Source: Nemertoderma westbladi (taxonomy: Eukaryota; Animalia; Xenacoelomorpha). From it: a DNA stretch of 61,544 nucleotides. The DNA lies in assembly GCA_032718475.1 (NCBI GenBank), contig JAUCBJ010003798.1:1-61544 (forward strand), written 5' to 3'. The position numbers and the translations under genes were made by a program. Of this stretch, positions 48,608 through 61,544 are shown piece after piece. The first letter of the stretch is position 1. Every line of letters begins with the position of its first letter. The notes under the pieces were generated by a model, which saw nothing but the letters and a program-made list of their open reading frames with translations, was not told the origin of the DNA and ran no database searches.

Positions 48608-51229
48608 CCCTGTCTGGCCCGGGCTATTTTACAGCGTAATTGGCCCGGGGGGGGGGGGGGGGGGGGGTGGCGGTCATTTTAGAGATTTTCTAGATCTTGG
48701 CTCAAAAATTACAATTTTGATGGTATAAGGGTTTTCGAGGTCGCTGTTCACGATAAAACATGTTTAAAATATTTTCTGGCAAAGCATCAATCATTTTTGG
48801 TGCTAATTTAGTCCCCCAGGACTTGAAATAAAAGTAAAAAATGTCAAACTAAAAGAAATTTGCGATGACACTAGTTATTATAAATATTTCTGGTAATGCA
48901 AACCAAATTTTTGAGCCATTCTGGTGTCCCAGAACGAAAAGTACAAGTAGCCCAAAATTATAAACTGATAACATTTCGCCTATGGTTATATAATTCTGAA
49001 GCTATAAAGGTTTCCAAGGTCGCTGAAAATGAAAACAACTAGTTAAAAATCATTCATGGTAACGCAAATATCATTTTTGGTGCTTGTCTGGTGGGACGAA
49101 AAATACAAGTAGCATAAAATTTCAAACGGCAAAAATCGAATTTGGTTGGATAATACGATATATTTCAGTGTCGTGATTAGCATCCCAAAAAAACCTATAT
49201 GGTCATAAAATCAATATGAATCAGCATGAAGGAAGTTACACCACAGAGCTATAATTTTCATTATGGTGGTTTTCGAGGTCCGTGATTTCATATCCAATGT
49301 CATTTTTTTGTTCGATCGATAGAATCTAGTCTCTTTGACAACTACTCCTTGACTATTTGGTCAGCCTCTGGCTGGACTTAACATTATGATCTCGCTTTTA
49401 GCACTTAAGAAGATATTCAGAGTTATGGTAGGGCGGGTTGACCTCAGGTGACTAATGGAATTAATAACTACAGTTATTACTTTTTTATTTTGATACTGTA
49501 TTTGTACTGCTTGTTTATTTCATGCCCCAGGGGGCACATTCAAAATTACCAAAAAATGTTCTCGAATGTTATATTTGAGTTCTATAATCGTGATCAGCAT
49601 TAAAAAAAAACGCTATATACTGCAAATAAATTCATTTTAGTGTACAATAAAAGTTTTGAAAATTATAGCACGCAAAATACTGGAGATGGGTGCCAGAAAG
49701 GGACCACAGCACGAAAAATACTGGAGATGGGTGCCAGAAAGGGACTACAGCACGAAAAATACTGGAGATGGGTGCTAGAAAGGGACCACAGCACGAAAAA
49801 TACTGGAGATGGGTGCCAGAAAGGGACCACAGCACGAAAATACTGGAGATGGGCGCCAGAAAGGGACCACAGCACGAAAAATACTGGAGATGGGTGCCAG
49901 AAAGGGACCACAGCACGAAAAATACTGGAGATGGGTGCCAGAAAGGGACCACAGCACGAAAAATACTGGAGATGGGCGCCAGAAAGGGGAAGGGGACCAC
50001 AGCACGAAAAATACTGGAGATGGGTGCCAGAAAGGGACCACTGCACGAAAAATACTGGAGATGGGTGCCAGAAAGGGACCACTGCACGAAAAATACTGGA
50101 GATGGGCGCCAGAAAGGGACCACAGCACGAAAAATACTGGAGATGGGTGCCAGAAAGGGACTACAGCACGAAAAATACTGGAGATGGGTGCCAGAAAGGG
50201 ACCACAGCACGAAAAATACTGGAGATGGGTGCCAGAAAGGGACCACAGCACGAAAAATACTGGAGATGGGCGCCAGAAAGGGACCACAGCACGAAAAATA
50301 CTGGAGATGGGTGCCAGAAAGGGACCACAGCCACGAAAAATACTGGAGATGGGTGCCAGAAAGGGACCACAGCACGAAAAATACTGGAGATGGGCGCCAG
50401 AAAGGGACCACAGCACGAAAAATACTGGAGATGGGTGCCAGAAAGGGACTACAGCACGAAAAATACTGGAGATGGGTGCCAGAAAGGGACTGCGCCAGAA
50501 AGGGACTACAGCACGAAAAATACTGGAGATGGGTGCCAGAAAGGGACCACAGCACGAAAAATACTGGAGATGGGTGCCAGAAAGGGACCACAGCACGAAA
50601 AATACTGGAGATGGGTGCCAGAAAGGGACCACAGCACGAAAAATACTGGAGATGGGTGCCAGAAAGGGACTACAGCACGAAAAATACTGGAGATGGGTGC
50701 CAGAAAGGGACTACAGCACGAAAAATACTGGAGATGGGTGCCAGAAAGGGACTACAGCACGAAAAATACTGGAGATGGGTTAAAGGAGCTGAGGTGCCAG
50801 AAAGGGACTACAGCACGAAAAATACTGGAGATGGGTGCCAGAAAGGGACTACAGCACGAAAATACTGGAGATGGGCCAGAAAGGGACCACAGCACGAAAA
50901 ATACTGGAGATGGGGTGCCAGAAAGGGACTACAGCACGAAAAATACTGGAGATGGGTGCCAGAAAGGGACTACAGCACGAAAAATACTGGAGATGGGTGC
51001 CAGAAAGGGACCACAGCACGAAAAATACTGGAGATGGGTGCCAGAAAGGGACCACAGCACGAAAAATAACATAAGACATGTAAACGGCAATTTTGCTGAT
51101 GGATAGCCCATTAAATTTGTGAAAAAGTAACGAAATTTCGGTTTTCCAAACAAACCTGACTGAAAGATACAGATGATTTACAAAAAAAATCTAAAATGAC
51201 CCCCCCCCCCCCCCCCGGGCCAGATAGTG
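48608..51229. mobile_element. Non-autonomous piggyBac-like element carrying a satellite array
   Basis: TTAA on both sides (48604-48607, 51230-51233); TIR CCCTGTCTGGCCCGGG / CCCGGGCCAGATAGTG; subterminal polyG-gtcattttaga / tctaaaatgac-polyC. Confidence 0.82.
49667..51067. repeat. 41-bp satellite, ~34 copies
   Basis: Unit cagcacgaaaaatactggagatgggtgccagaaagggacca. Confidence 0.97.
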
Positions 51230-51526
51230 TTAAGGAGCGCGGTATTTCAGCTGATTTTTTTGAATTACTTAGAGATTCACCGAACAGATACGAACCAGAA
51301 GATACATCATATCAGATATATATGTGCGTTGTTGTATAACCTGAGTGGACGACACACTAACTCTATACCGCAGTGACGAAATTACGATTGACAATAAAAT
51401 ACAACGGCAGAAGAATTAATATAATATTATATGAGTGCGAAAATAAAAATAAACGCGTTTGCACTGTAACCGAAAATAATTATAAATATTGAAAGGGGAA
51501 TGAATGAGTGACTGGGTGTTGGAGCG

Positions 51527-54500
51527 TCAGAGTTTGGAGTAACTGGGGGGAGCGAAACGGCGGCGGAGGATTTTAATGACGTAGAGGGGGAGGCAAGAGA
51601 CGGCGGTGATGACGACAACTTTCCATACGAAACCGAGGGAAGTAATAAACACGGGTTGGAAGTATTCCCGGATCACAAAGACAGCGGCGATGTAGAAGGC
51701 CATGGACAGGAGTTCCGCTATGATCATACACCAATGCCACGTCTGTATAGTGAGAGCGACCATAATGAGTTCGGTGAGGATGAGAGCCGTGTAGGAGATG
51801 GCGACAATGTGGATGAACTCATTATCGAAGAGGAACAAGGCCCCGTACATGAGGATACTGCCCTGGACCAAAGAGACACACAACCAAATAAGGAAAGTCT
51901 TTATAGTGAGTAGACGACCTTTGGTGAGATCTTTATAGAGTTCCGGGAAGGTCATCGCAACTTTAGGCGTAACATCCTGATCCAACACGAGGCTGAAGAC
52001 GGGGAACATTGTGAAGACAGTAGCATAACCGACCATAAGGAGGCCCTGGTAGAGGGCAACGGAAGAAAAGTAGAAGACCACGGAGAATATGGCTTGCATC
52101 GTGGAGATGATGAGACCGCGATGGATGACGAACTGGCTGAGGGAGGCGGAGCGCTTGTAGCTGTTGCGACCATGGACGAGGAAGAGACGAGCAATGTGTT
52201 TGAACTGAGTGATGGAGAAATCTGAAGCCAAAGAGGCTTGCATTCCCTCCTTGCCGAGGATTCCGATGCCGCAATGGGCCTCCTGTATCATGGAGACGTC
52301 GTTCCCTCCGTCTCCCACAGCACACACTCGCTTCCCGCTGTGTTCCTTTAGCAGTCGGACCGTGAGCGCCTTCTGGGTCGGCGAGCAGCGGCACACGACC
52401 ACCGCGGGACTCTGGCAAGCGAGATCCAGGAACTCGTCGCGGTAAAACCGCAGACACACGTCGAGTGCGTCCCCCTGGATGATGAGCGCCGCGTCCGCCT
52501 TGCGGTGGAAGTTGTTGAGCTCGTCGTGGGCCTCGGAGCGGTTGCGGACGTCCTTGAACCCATAGATGTTCTGGGAACGGCTGACCAGGCGGGAACTCTT
52601 CGCTATACACGAGGCTGTCTCCAACTTGTCCCCGGTGAGCATCCAGACACGGATCCCGGCGTTGCGTAGCGACTCGAGCGTGGGTCGCACGTCCGCCTGG
52701 AGTCTGTCCTCGACCCCTGTGAGCGCCAACAGCTCCATGTCGTTCTCCAGACTCTCCTGGACACCGGCCACCTTCCCACACCGGTCCTGCACCGACAACT
52801 GGGCCGCCTTGTACCGCTGCTCGAACTCACTATACTGCCCCTCGCTGAGAACTTTCTTAGCGAATACCAAAGTTCTCAAACCCTCCCGCGCGAGATTCCC
52901 CGCTTCTTCATCCAACCAATCGTTGTAGGACACCATCCCGGCCATGACGACGTCGGCGCCCTTCATATAGAAGGTGATCTCCCCGGTGGACTCCTCGCGT
53001 ACGATTATCCCCATCCGTTTACTCTCCGAGGTGAACGGGAATATCTGCAAGATGGTGTAGACCTGGGGGGCGCCGTCTGGGGACCGCAATGTGATGGTGG
53101 AGATGTCCCGCCCGAAGAGACTGAGTCCGACCTTCTCGGACCACTGCACCAAGGCGATCTCGTCGGGGGAGCTGGCCTGGTAGCCGACGACTCCCTGGTC
53201 CGCTTCCGCGCTGTCTGCGTTTGACTCATCGTAGGTCGGCGTCACGTTGTGGCATAGCGCGATGGCGCGTACGGCCTCCCGGGTGCGACTAGCGACGCTC
53301 CGACGCACCTTGGTCGCGGCACCGGCGTCCTCCGTCCGGAGGTGTTCCGCGATCTCCTGCAAGGAATCCAACCCGAAGGAAACCGTCCCGAGATGCAGCT
53401 TCTTGAAGGTCATGTCATTCTGGGTGAGCGTCCCGGTCTTGTCGCTGAGTAGATACTGGACGCGTCCCATCTCCTCGGGGATGGTGGAGGAGCGAACCAC
53501 GGTGCCAGGGATCTCCACGTCCCGATCGATGAACCACGAGTAGACGATCTTCCCCATGTCCAGGTTGACCCGTAGACTTATCGGAATCAACGAGGAGAAT
53601 AACACAATGTATCGCATCGTGTAGATCCACCAAACCCCCTCGAATCCCTTGAGGCTCATCAACATGATGGTTAGAGCCACGAGGAACATGAAGAGAATCT
53701 TAGTGATGAAGTTGATCTCCCTGTCTACGAGGCCGACTTTGGTTCGCGGTTGGTTTGTATTCATCACGGCTTTGCTCTCCTCCCCGGTGTAGACGACGAC
53801 GCCCAGAGCGGTGCCGGAAGCCACCACCGTATCCGCCCACAACGTGTTGTCCAACCCCAACGGGAGCTCCTCCCGCCCCCCTCCCTCCCCACTGCGGGAG
53901 TATGTCCCCACGAACTGGTAGATGTCACGGTGCGGCGCCTCTGCATAAATGGTACCGCCCCCTAGAACCCCCCGCTCGCCCCCCAAGTCCCCGGCATCCG
54001 ATGCCTGCGAGTAGGAGATCGCCACTCGCAGCTTCCAGTCCGTCTCCCCGTCCAACTGATCCGTCCGGATGAAACAACTGCCGGACTTCTCGGTGGTTCG
54101 CGCGAGAACCATGTCAGCCGGAACACGCTGGTTCTTCTCGACAAAGATGACATCGGATACCTGGATGTTGCTACTGGTAACCTCTAGGATGCCGCCAGAG
54201 GTGAGTTTTTTGTAGACCTTGTCGTTAATAAGGTTGTCGCGTCGGAACCTGCGGAAGTCATCAATAGCCTCGCGAATCATGGTGACGGAGAGGACGAATA
54301 TGAGAGGCGCGAGGTTTGTATACCACGGGCCAACGCGAATGGCTGGGACGAGCTGGGAAAGTGCAATAACCAGAAAGTAGAGATTCAAGAAGAACTTGAA
54401 TTGATTGAAGAGGACCACGGGAATGAAAGTAAATGCGCTGTATTTCTGGTTACGGATTTTATTCTGGGGGAATTTATGGGAAAGATTCCTGCGCCCGATG

Positions 54501-54868
54501 GTTACCAACCGGGGTTGGTACTCTTTGTTTCCGCGGCAACAGCAGCAACAGGCGCGGAAGCAGAGACCGCAGTAGTGTAGCCAACCCTCCGTGAGGAACC
54601 AACACAGTCCATAGCGACGGGAGCGTTTGTTCGAGAAGAGCTGGGAGTCGTCTGCTATTCCCCCATACGAACCCACTGCGTCCTCCGTCATCGACGTGGG
54701 CATTGACCCGGTTCCGCTTACCGATGGGGGACCTTCCGTGTCTATAACGTCGTCTTCCAGTTCGGGGTTAATTTGAGGCAACTTCGTGTACCATAAACGA
54801 TTCGCCAGAGTTATATTGTTACGGTTAAATTTATCGCCGCTAGTAAATCGAATGAAGGGGTATTCCAT
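51527..54868 (-). CDS. ATP9: Class II P4-ATPase phospholipid flippase (ATP9A/ATP9B/Neo1/TAT-5 type), single exon
   Basis: [74 protein letters not shown]-terminal PPSYSKL. 1113 aa uninterrupted. Confidence 0.96.
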   Translation of the reverse strand: MEYPFIRFTSGDKFNRNNITLANRLWYTKLPQINPELEDDVIDTEGPPSVSGTGSMPTSMTEDAVGSYGGIADDSQLFSNKRSRRYGLCWFLTEGWLHYCGLCFRACCCCCRGNKEYQPRLVTIGRRNLSHKFPQNKIRNQKYSAFTFIPVVLFNQFKFFLNLYFLVIALSQLVPAIRVGPWYTNLAPLIFVLSVTMIREAIDDFRRFRRDNLINDKVYKKLTSGGILEVTSSNIQVSDVIFVEKNQRVPADMVLARTTEKSGSCFIRTDQLDGETDWKLRVAISYSQASDAGDLGGERGVLGGGTIYAEAPHRDIYQFVGTYSRSGEGGGREELPLGLDNTLWADTVVASGTALGVVVYTGEESKAVMNTNQPRTKVGLVDREINFITKILFMFLVALTIMLMSLKGFEGVWWIYTMRYIVLFSSLIPISLRVNLDMGKIVYSWFIDRDVEIPGTVVRSSTIPEEMGRVQYLLSDKTGTLTQNDMTFKKLHLGTVSFGLDSLQEIAEHLRTEDAGAATKVRRSVASRTREAVRAIALCHNVTPTYDESNADSAEADQGVVGYQASSPDEIALVQWSEKVGLSLFGRDISTITLRSPDGAPQVYTILQIFPFTSESKRMGIIVREESTGEITFYMKGADVVMAGMVSYNDWLDEEAGNLAREGLRTLVFAKKVLSEGQYSEFEQRYKAAQLSVQDRCGKVAGVQESLENDMELLALTGVEDRLQADVRPTLESLRNAGIRVWMLTGDKLETASCIAKSSRLVSRSQNIYGFKDVRNRSEAHDELNNFHRKADAALIIQGDALDVCLRFYRDEFLDLACQSPAVVVCRCSPTQKALTVRLLKEHSGKRVCAVGDGGNDVSMIQEAHCGIGILGKEGMQASLASDFSITQFKHIARLFLVHGRNSYKRSASLSQFVIHRGLIISTMQAIFSVVFYFSSVALYQGLLMVGYATVFTMFPVFSLVLDQDVTPKVAMTFPELYKDLTKGRLLTIKTFLIWLCVSLVQGSILMYGALFLFDNEFIHIVAISYTALILTELIMVALTIQTWHWCMIIAELLSMAFYIAAVFVIREYFQPVFITSLGFVWKVVVITAVSCLPLYVIKILRRRFAPPSYSKL

Positions 54869-55711
54869 TTGCCATTAGGCCTACAAATAATTAATTTCAC
54901 TATGTCTGCCGCCTACGGTGGTAGGTTAGGGACCTACTGCACTATTTTCAATAATAATGTCAGCATGTACCGGTACCTATACTGCTATATATGATGGAAC
55001 TACGAAAGATCCGAAGATCAATGGATTTCCAATTATACAATTATACGAAAGGGAATGTTTCTAGCAGGGTTGGACCTCAGCTCTTTCACATAAAAAATAT
55101 ATATTATTTACCGGTACTTATTTAAATCATAATGCAAATATTTTATTGTAATATTTTATTGTAGACCAAACTTTAATTCATTTTTACTCCAGATGTCTGG
55201 AAATTAAATATATACAATTGTCGAGTTATTATGTTACAGTGTATGGATAGCCTCATGAGGTGCCTGCCTTGCCTTACGACGTATTGCTGTATTGTGGTAC
55301 CGGTAGTACGATAGTTAAAAAATAATGACAGTGACATGACAATGACATGACACTTTCAGACTTTTAATTAGGATTAAGGCTTGACCAACTAACCCTAACC
55401 AAAATAATAAACCAAATATCAGTCGGGCAGTAGGGGGGGGGGGGGGGGGGGGAATTCAAATTTCAACTGAATTGAAATTTAAAACTCTACCGGTACCGGT
55501 ACTTTTAAAAATTAAACTTTTCAGTTGTAAATTCAACTCTAAAAGGGCAGGATTAAAAAGATGTAATAAATGTAAAATTAATTGTTATGTGTTATATGTA
55601 ACTGTATGTATGTATATTTACGCTATTTTCGTCGAAATGTTATTGTGCAATAAATAATCTCAATCTCAATCTCAGGAGGCCCAGAAGGGTCAGAGACGTG
55701 ACAGAAGGGGT

Positions 55712-55874
55712 CCTGTATGGAATCCATCCAAAAAGTGCGCCGGATAGCGCACCGCGTGCCGATGCAATTTCAAACGAAAAGTGCCAACGAAATTTTTATA
55801 TATTTTTATTTTTATTGTAAAGCGCACCGGACAGCCGGATTAATCCGGCGCAAAGTGTATGGATTCCAGACTGG
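55712..55874. mobile_element. Small MITE-like inverted repeat
   Basis: cctgtatggaatccat / atggattccagactgg at the ends, plus gcgccggat / atccggcgc inside. Confidence 0.55.
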
Positions 55875-56109
55875 TAAGGGGTGTTTCTATTGTTTTTATG
55901 GATGTAACTCAAAAACTTAATAATACTGTAATAGGCCTGATAATCTGGGTATATCTGGGGATTCTGGGCATTATGCCCAGAATACCCCCTTTATCAACTC
56001 TAACCAACCTCTAAGCTACCTTATATATTATTTTTTGATTATTTTAAGAATTAAATTAAATATATTTTATAGTATTGCTGATTTACCCCGAATGGGGGTG
56101 TATAGATTA

Positions 56110-56400
56110 ATATAAATAATAATAATAATAAACTATTATTTATATAGCGCCCAACTCTATAAATAGATTCTAAGGTGCTCATGACCCATTTAGATATTGT
56201 AGAGTTCGGTTTTAAACCGACTTTAAAGTGTTTTATTTGAGTAGCAGTTCTTAGGTTAAGTGGGAGGCTATTAAAAACCTCTGGCGCGGCATAACTGAAA
56301 GATCCGGCCCCAAATCTTGATAGTTTGAATTTGAAAGCAGGACCTTCAGGGCCCAAAGACACTATGTTCTCGTACAATTGTAGTTGGGCTCTAACATATC
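56110..56400 (-). mobile_element. L2-group LINE 3' fragment
   Basis: GAGSFSYAAPEVFNSLPLNLR...FKVGLK, then gcgctatataaat and a (TTA)n tail. Confidence 0.75.
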
Positions 56401-57387
56401 GAGTATATTAACCCTCATTACCGGTTACCGATGGAATAAAAACTTTCACCGTTGGGATTACTTTTTTACACGTTTTAAGTGATTATATTTGGAAATTAGC
56501 TGAAATACTGCTGGAATTTATTACCGGCAGACCTATATTAATTACTGCTGTACGTCATAATTATTATATTATTATTATATATTATTATTATTATTATATT
56601 ATATTATTATATTCGGTCATGTATCCAAAAAACGCCACTGACATTTCCTCAGAGAAAATGTCAGTGGCGATTTGTATAGGCCAAAGTGAATTGAATAGCC
56701 AAAGGGCATTTTTTACCCAGACCCATAGCATGGAACCCCAGCACAAAGTCAAGGCGTGTAAAAGAATGTCTAAAATTATCATAGTCACACAGGACGACGG
56801 TACATAATATGAGAGATTGTCGAAAAATATCAAAAGTAATCCCCTTGGGCGCTTGGGGTATTATTTTACCCCACGTTACCGGGGGAGGGTTAACCCAAAC
56901 AGAACAGCCAAGTACAGAAGTAGCAATTCACAATGTCAATGGGTACCAGTCTGCCAGTACCGGTACGTGGTACCGCTATTTACAGACTTAATACCTACTG
57001 CTTCTACGTACTACAGTCAGACAGTCGACAGTACCGGTACCGCGGTACCGGTCCGGTAGGTAATGCTGTAATGGAATGTAATTGCACTCCAAATAATTGC
57101 ACCGACAAATAAAATAATTAATTATTTAAAATTAATCTTAATGACATACCGGTACATATTCACAAAATGAAATTAAATCAGACCTTTAATCTGTTAATTA
57201 AACAATTATATGTATGGAGGGAGAAGATAACCCAGGCAATGTTGCACTTACGAGCGTATCTCTATTGGAATTAAGTAAAAATATTGCAAACTAAAAAAAT
57301 AAAATGGTAAAACACAAAAGGTAATCGTTTTCGTTCCGTTTTCGTTTTATTTGTTTTATTTAGGCCTACTTCAAGCATTGTTACAGT

Positions 57388-57754
57388 CAGGGTTGGCAAC
57401 CAATGGTTTTTCTCACCATTGGTTTTTTATGGTTTTTGGGTCAGCCTAATCACCCAACTACACCCAACTTTCACCCAACTACACCCAACTACACCCAACT
57501 ACACCCAACTACACCCAACTTTCACCCAACTACACCCAACTTTCACCCAACTACCACCCAACTACACCCAACTTTCACCAACTACACCCAACTTCAACAC
57601 AACAGCATCCAACTTACACCAAACTATACTGTATGGCACCTATCTTCCACAAATTACAATATGTACAGTAACAAACTCTGAACTTCTTTGAAGAATTGCT
57701 GAGATATGAACTTTTAAAAGTTGCATGTACTCGTGCTGTATTTTGCCATCACTG
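57388..57754. mobile_element. hAT-like MITE with an internal (CACCCAACTA)n array
   Basis: CAGGGTTGGCAA ... TTGCCATCACTG; 10-bp repeats at 57451-57625; no clear TSD. Confidence 0.55.
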
Positions 57755-58644
57755 CCCTGCAATTATGAAAATAACTAACTAACATTTTATTTTTATTGCA
57801 GGTTGATTCTAGAATAATTGATGAATTTAGCAATAAATATACAAAGGAGAGACACAGAGACTATTGACGAACGATCCAGATACCTATAGATGTCTACACA
57901 TACCACGCATCAAAACTCCAAACTAAGCTACAGTACAAACTAAACTGGCGCTGTGGGATTGCGGTGAAAATGAAAACGGTATTGATACACAGGAGGGTCA
58001 CCGTCACAGCCTTAACGACGAAATCGCATTATTGGAAACTTCTGCTGTGGGAATAGCAATGCAGATAATTCGTACAAAGTTAATGGACATAAGTTCTATA
58101 TTATACAGTATGTTTAATGCAATTATAATAATGTAATTATCCTTTATGTATCATAAAATACAAGAAAATAAACTGTAACATTATTTTCAGCTTCTTTATC
58201 TTAAACTTTATGGCCTTTATACTGTATTAATTAATTTTTAACGAAACAACAGAAATAATTTTAGAACTTTTTACATTTCTCATTACATTTTACATGTCTC
58301 AAGTTTACACTCCATTTGGCTCCCTGATCCAATCTTAATGGTTAGCAAATAAAGTACTTTCTGTATAATATAGGCGAATAATAAATTTCTCATGGAACCA
58401 AAATAATAAACGAAAGATAAGATCAAATTAATATAAAGGCCACGAAGTTTAGAATAAAACTGTTGAAAATAAAGACTACTGTATGTTACAATCTTTCTTG
58501 TAATATGATACAAAGGATAATTATAATATTTTATTGTTAAATTTCTGAATTACTTAACGCTTGTCCTTGGACAAGCCGTAAATATAGTACAGTCCAGCTC
58601 ACCAACAGAGTGCCATCGGATCCGATCTGAACCGATCGGATCCA

Positions 58645-58780
58645 ACAGCTTCAAACACTTTCAGACAAACTCCAACAGTCCAACAACTTCAAACAGATTC
58701 AGACAGTTTCAAACAGATTCAGACAGTTTCAAACAGATTCAGACAGTTTCAAACAGAATCAGACAACTTCCAACAACCTG
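58645..58780. repeat. 20-bp minisatellite
   Basis: tcaaacagattcagacagtt units. Confidence 0.8.
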
Positions 58781-59679
58781 TCAATCACTCCACCCACACT
58801 CAACCGCAACCCCAACTCAACTCCCATCTTCTTGCGCGCAGATAGAATGAAAGCGTTTGAAACTACTAAAGGAACTCCATTCATAAAGCCACAATAACGA
58901 CAGAGTGGACTGGCCACTGGCGGCGCCCTTGAACATTCACACTGTAACTTAAGCCGACCTGAAGGAACAGCCCATTAGTGAGGTCGGTATTTCTCTTTAT
59001 TCCTGCCGCTATCTTTGAATAACACAATAGCAGAAAGCTAACCAGTGGTCTACCCCCAATACAAGAAAGACAAGTTGGCTACCATTGAAATGAATGGGGA
59101 ATGGAATTTTGTGTTCACATACTAATGTTGCTTTGGGTTGGTCTAGAGCCATACAATAGAGCTTTACGGAAATACACTTCCAAATAGCCAAGCAGTGGCG
59201 GTATAGGTCCAAAATGCCCATGTAGAATTTCTTCGAATAAGGCTCAATTTCTTTAAGTTACATTAATTAAAATACTGATAAATATATTTTGCTTTTCGCA
59301 GGAGGGACAGTATCCCCCTCTACAGTTAATATAGTGTACGTACATGTGTTAGTTATAACGTTGCGTTTATTTATATTTATACAGGTTTGGATATGATCTC
59401 TACTAGTTTGATTTTTGTTTTGTCAATTAATTAATTGTGCGGTTAATTTGTCAATCACAGCCTTAATTGGCTACATTGCTTATTGTATGAATGAATATAA
59501 TTAGTTATTAAGACATTATTTTAATTAGTATCTGGTGTGATTAGGTCTACCTTTTACATAACAATAGTACCGTACGTCAATGGCGGATATACTACTACTA
59601 CTAAGTCGAGCGAACTCGGACAGTGGAAATAATATGGCATGGCAGTCACGTGAAAACAAGGGCCTTTACATTCCCAATT

Positions 59680-60140
59680 CTCTATCTAACGTAGGGCCCC
59701 GTCCCTACGTCCACCCTCCCTTGTGAAGGGCTAGGGGGGACTTTCGACCCATCATTACTAAAGGGTAGTGATAACATTCAAAATAAGTTTTCCCATGTAT
59801 ACGTAATTTTATTCTTAAATAGGTACTTGTTTGTTCCTAAATTCTGCCTAAATGCTGCCTTACTCAATGTTAAATAATTTATTGTTCTCGAATATTTATT
59901 TCGTAACTAGGGAACCGCTTAACTTCCGTTTCGAAGTTCGCCTTGCAGAGACTAAAGTTGCAATAACTTTTGAGTGTGTGAATGTAATTTACTCAAATAG
60001 GGTAGGTGCGCGAAAAAATAGTTGGGCTAGAAGTATTACGTGCAAATCAAAGTACGTCATTGTAATTATATTTACTGTTTGCTTAATCTGTTTCTGTTTA
60101 TATCTGTTTATGTGCAGTATTTAGTGCCCTACGTCAAAGA
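59680..60140. mobile_element. Helentron/HINE-like non-autonomous element
   Basis: acgtagggc (59689) is inverted both locally (ccctacgt, 59703) and distally (gccctacgt, 60126). Confidence 0.45.
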
Positions 60141-60282
60141 AACTAATATATTTATAGCATTATTTACATTTGTAATTAAATTAAGGAATTAAAAACGTGT
60201 TGGTGTTATTATATTCATTTATCGGAATTTATATTATAGGAATTAATATTCCTTTATGCATTCTAGTTAATTAATTGATATA

Positions 60283-61542
60283 CAGTAACGCTTTCAAATA
60301 ACGTCCTATTGGATCCTAATAGGATCCTAATAGGAACCTAATAGGAAATAAATAACCTTTAGGAAATCACTTGGAATTTGCCTAATGTAAGTCTACCTAG
60401 AGCGGCTAAATATCAAAGCTTAGAAGTGTCTGTCAATCAACCTCGAGGGATAGCTGAATGTAGTAAAGAGAGCCGCTTTGTCTAGTGGTGGAGTTGTATT
60501 TCCCTTCCCCTGACTTATCTTACAACAACGATACTCCCCATAGGCTAATGTTAAATATGCAAAGTACACACTACTGGCTGTAACTCAACATCTGGACAAA
60601 TTAACTACCATACGGTAAAGGTAACGCCGATTGTGTAAAATAGGCCCGCCAACACGTTGAGTGAGCCTCAACAAGTAGTTGGGCTGCTAAAGCGTAATCT
60701 GATTGTAATCGGACGTCAAACTTTTAATAATTTTATTTAAATTATTGTGCGAACTTTTTAGATCTGGCGATTTTACCATTTCCATGGTATAATAAATATA
60801 ATTTATAATTAATATTAATATCAATATGCTTGGAGAGTTGAATGTGCTTTGTGGGTGTAGCAAATATAGCACATTTATTTAGTCGCCCAGTTTTATCCCC
60901 TGTCTAATTATTAATTAAACTAATAAATTAAAATAAACTAATATTTATTCTATTAATAATTACACAAACATTACACAAACACAAACTCTTTATTACTCTA
61001 AATATGTTCAATAGTAATAAATACAGTGTGTGATCCTACATTTATTTGTAAGTTGAATACGATTTTAAATTATTACAGAGCCTACCAGCCCACGGACGTT
61101 AACTATGTGCGGATGTGTGTGGATTTCATCTATTGAGTTTATATTTTAAATATTATTTAGGTCAAAGGCTGGCAATACAAGGTACAGTAGGAGTGTAATC
61201 TTCCATCGATATCCATACCTCAATGTAATGAACTGAACACTACGCAAACTTTATGCTGAGTCTAGTCCATTCTATACATCTTAATGATTGACAGGATAGA
61301 GAAGAAGTAGACCAGCACAAGCATAGTCGGAGTCAGTCCACCTTCCAGACATCAAAGTAAGCGCCGATTTCCAAGTAAATTCCTAATGAAATCCAAGTCA
61401 AATCCTAAGTGCCTCCAAGTCTGGAATTTGGGCTAAATTTCATTTCCAATTAAATCCTAACTCCAATAGTAGTGAATCAGTGACTTGGATCCTAATAGGA
61501 TCCTATTAGGTTCCAATACGACGTTATTTGAAAGCGGTACTG
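60283..61542. mobile_element. Non-autonomous Tc1/mariner-pogo-type element
   Basis: TA on both flanks; ~48-bp TIRs CAGTA(A/C)CGCTTTCAAATAACGTC(C/G)TATTGGA(T/A)CCTAATAGGATCCTA; no transposase ORF. Confidence 0.85.
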
Positions 61543-61544
61543 TA

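Noticed and set aside
49632-51153. Long ORFs in all six frames
   Set aside because: Translation of a stop-free 41-bp satellite; the 23550-24298 ORFs are rejected for the same reason.
51656-54153. Overlapping alternative and antisense ORFs within ATP9
   Set aside because: Expected shadow ORFs of a GC-rich CDS.
57451-57625. Telomeric repeat
   Set aside because: The unit is the 10-mer CACCCAACTA inside a TIR element, not TTAGGG-type.
57802-57870. Possible plus-strand terminal exon (VDSRIIDEFSNKYTKERHRDY*) after a good acceptor
   Set aside because: Too short, and no upstream exon can be supported.

Overview
Repeat-rich, AT-rich animal (invertebrate-like) genomic DNA, not prokaryotic. There are two host genes, both on the minus strand. 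The first is the 5' four exons (signal peptide to Cys-loop) of a divergent nicotinic-receptor-like Cys-loop ligand-gated ion channel, ATG at 26482, continuing past the window start, with a 17.3-kb third intron full of transposons. The second is an intronless, GC-rich class-II P4-ATPase flippase (ATP9/Neo1 type) at 51527-54868. The remainder is mostly mobile DNA: a near-intact CR1/L2-group LINE whose ORF2 has no AUG before the endonuclease; a BEL/Pao LTR element with a decayed unknown accessory ORF before its 3' LTR; a Neptune-like Penelope element with an inverted pseudo-LTR and minimal hammerhead ribozyme motifs; two convergent related BEL/Pao relics; two RTE insertions with TSDs (one a 62-bp TSD inside a tRNA-derived SINE); several MITEs; and four 41-45-bp satellite arrays, one with higher-order repeats and one carried inside a piggyBac-like MITE. 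All calls were made by eye from the sequence; no database searches were run.
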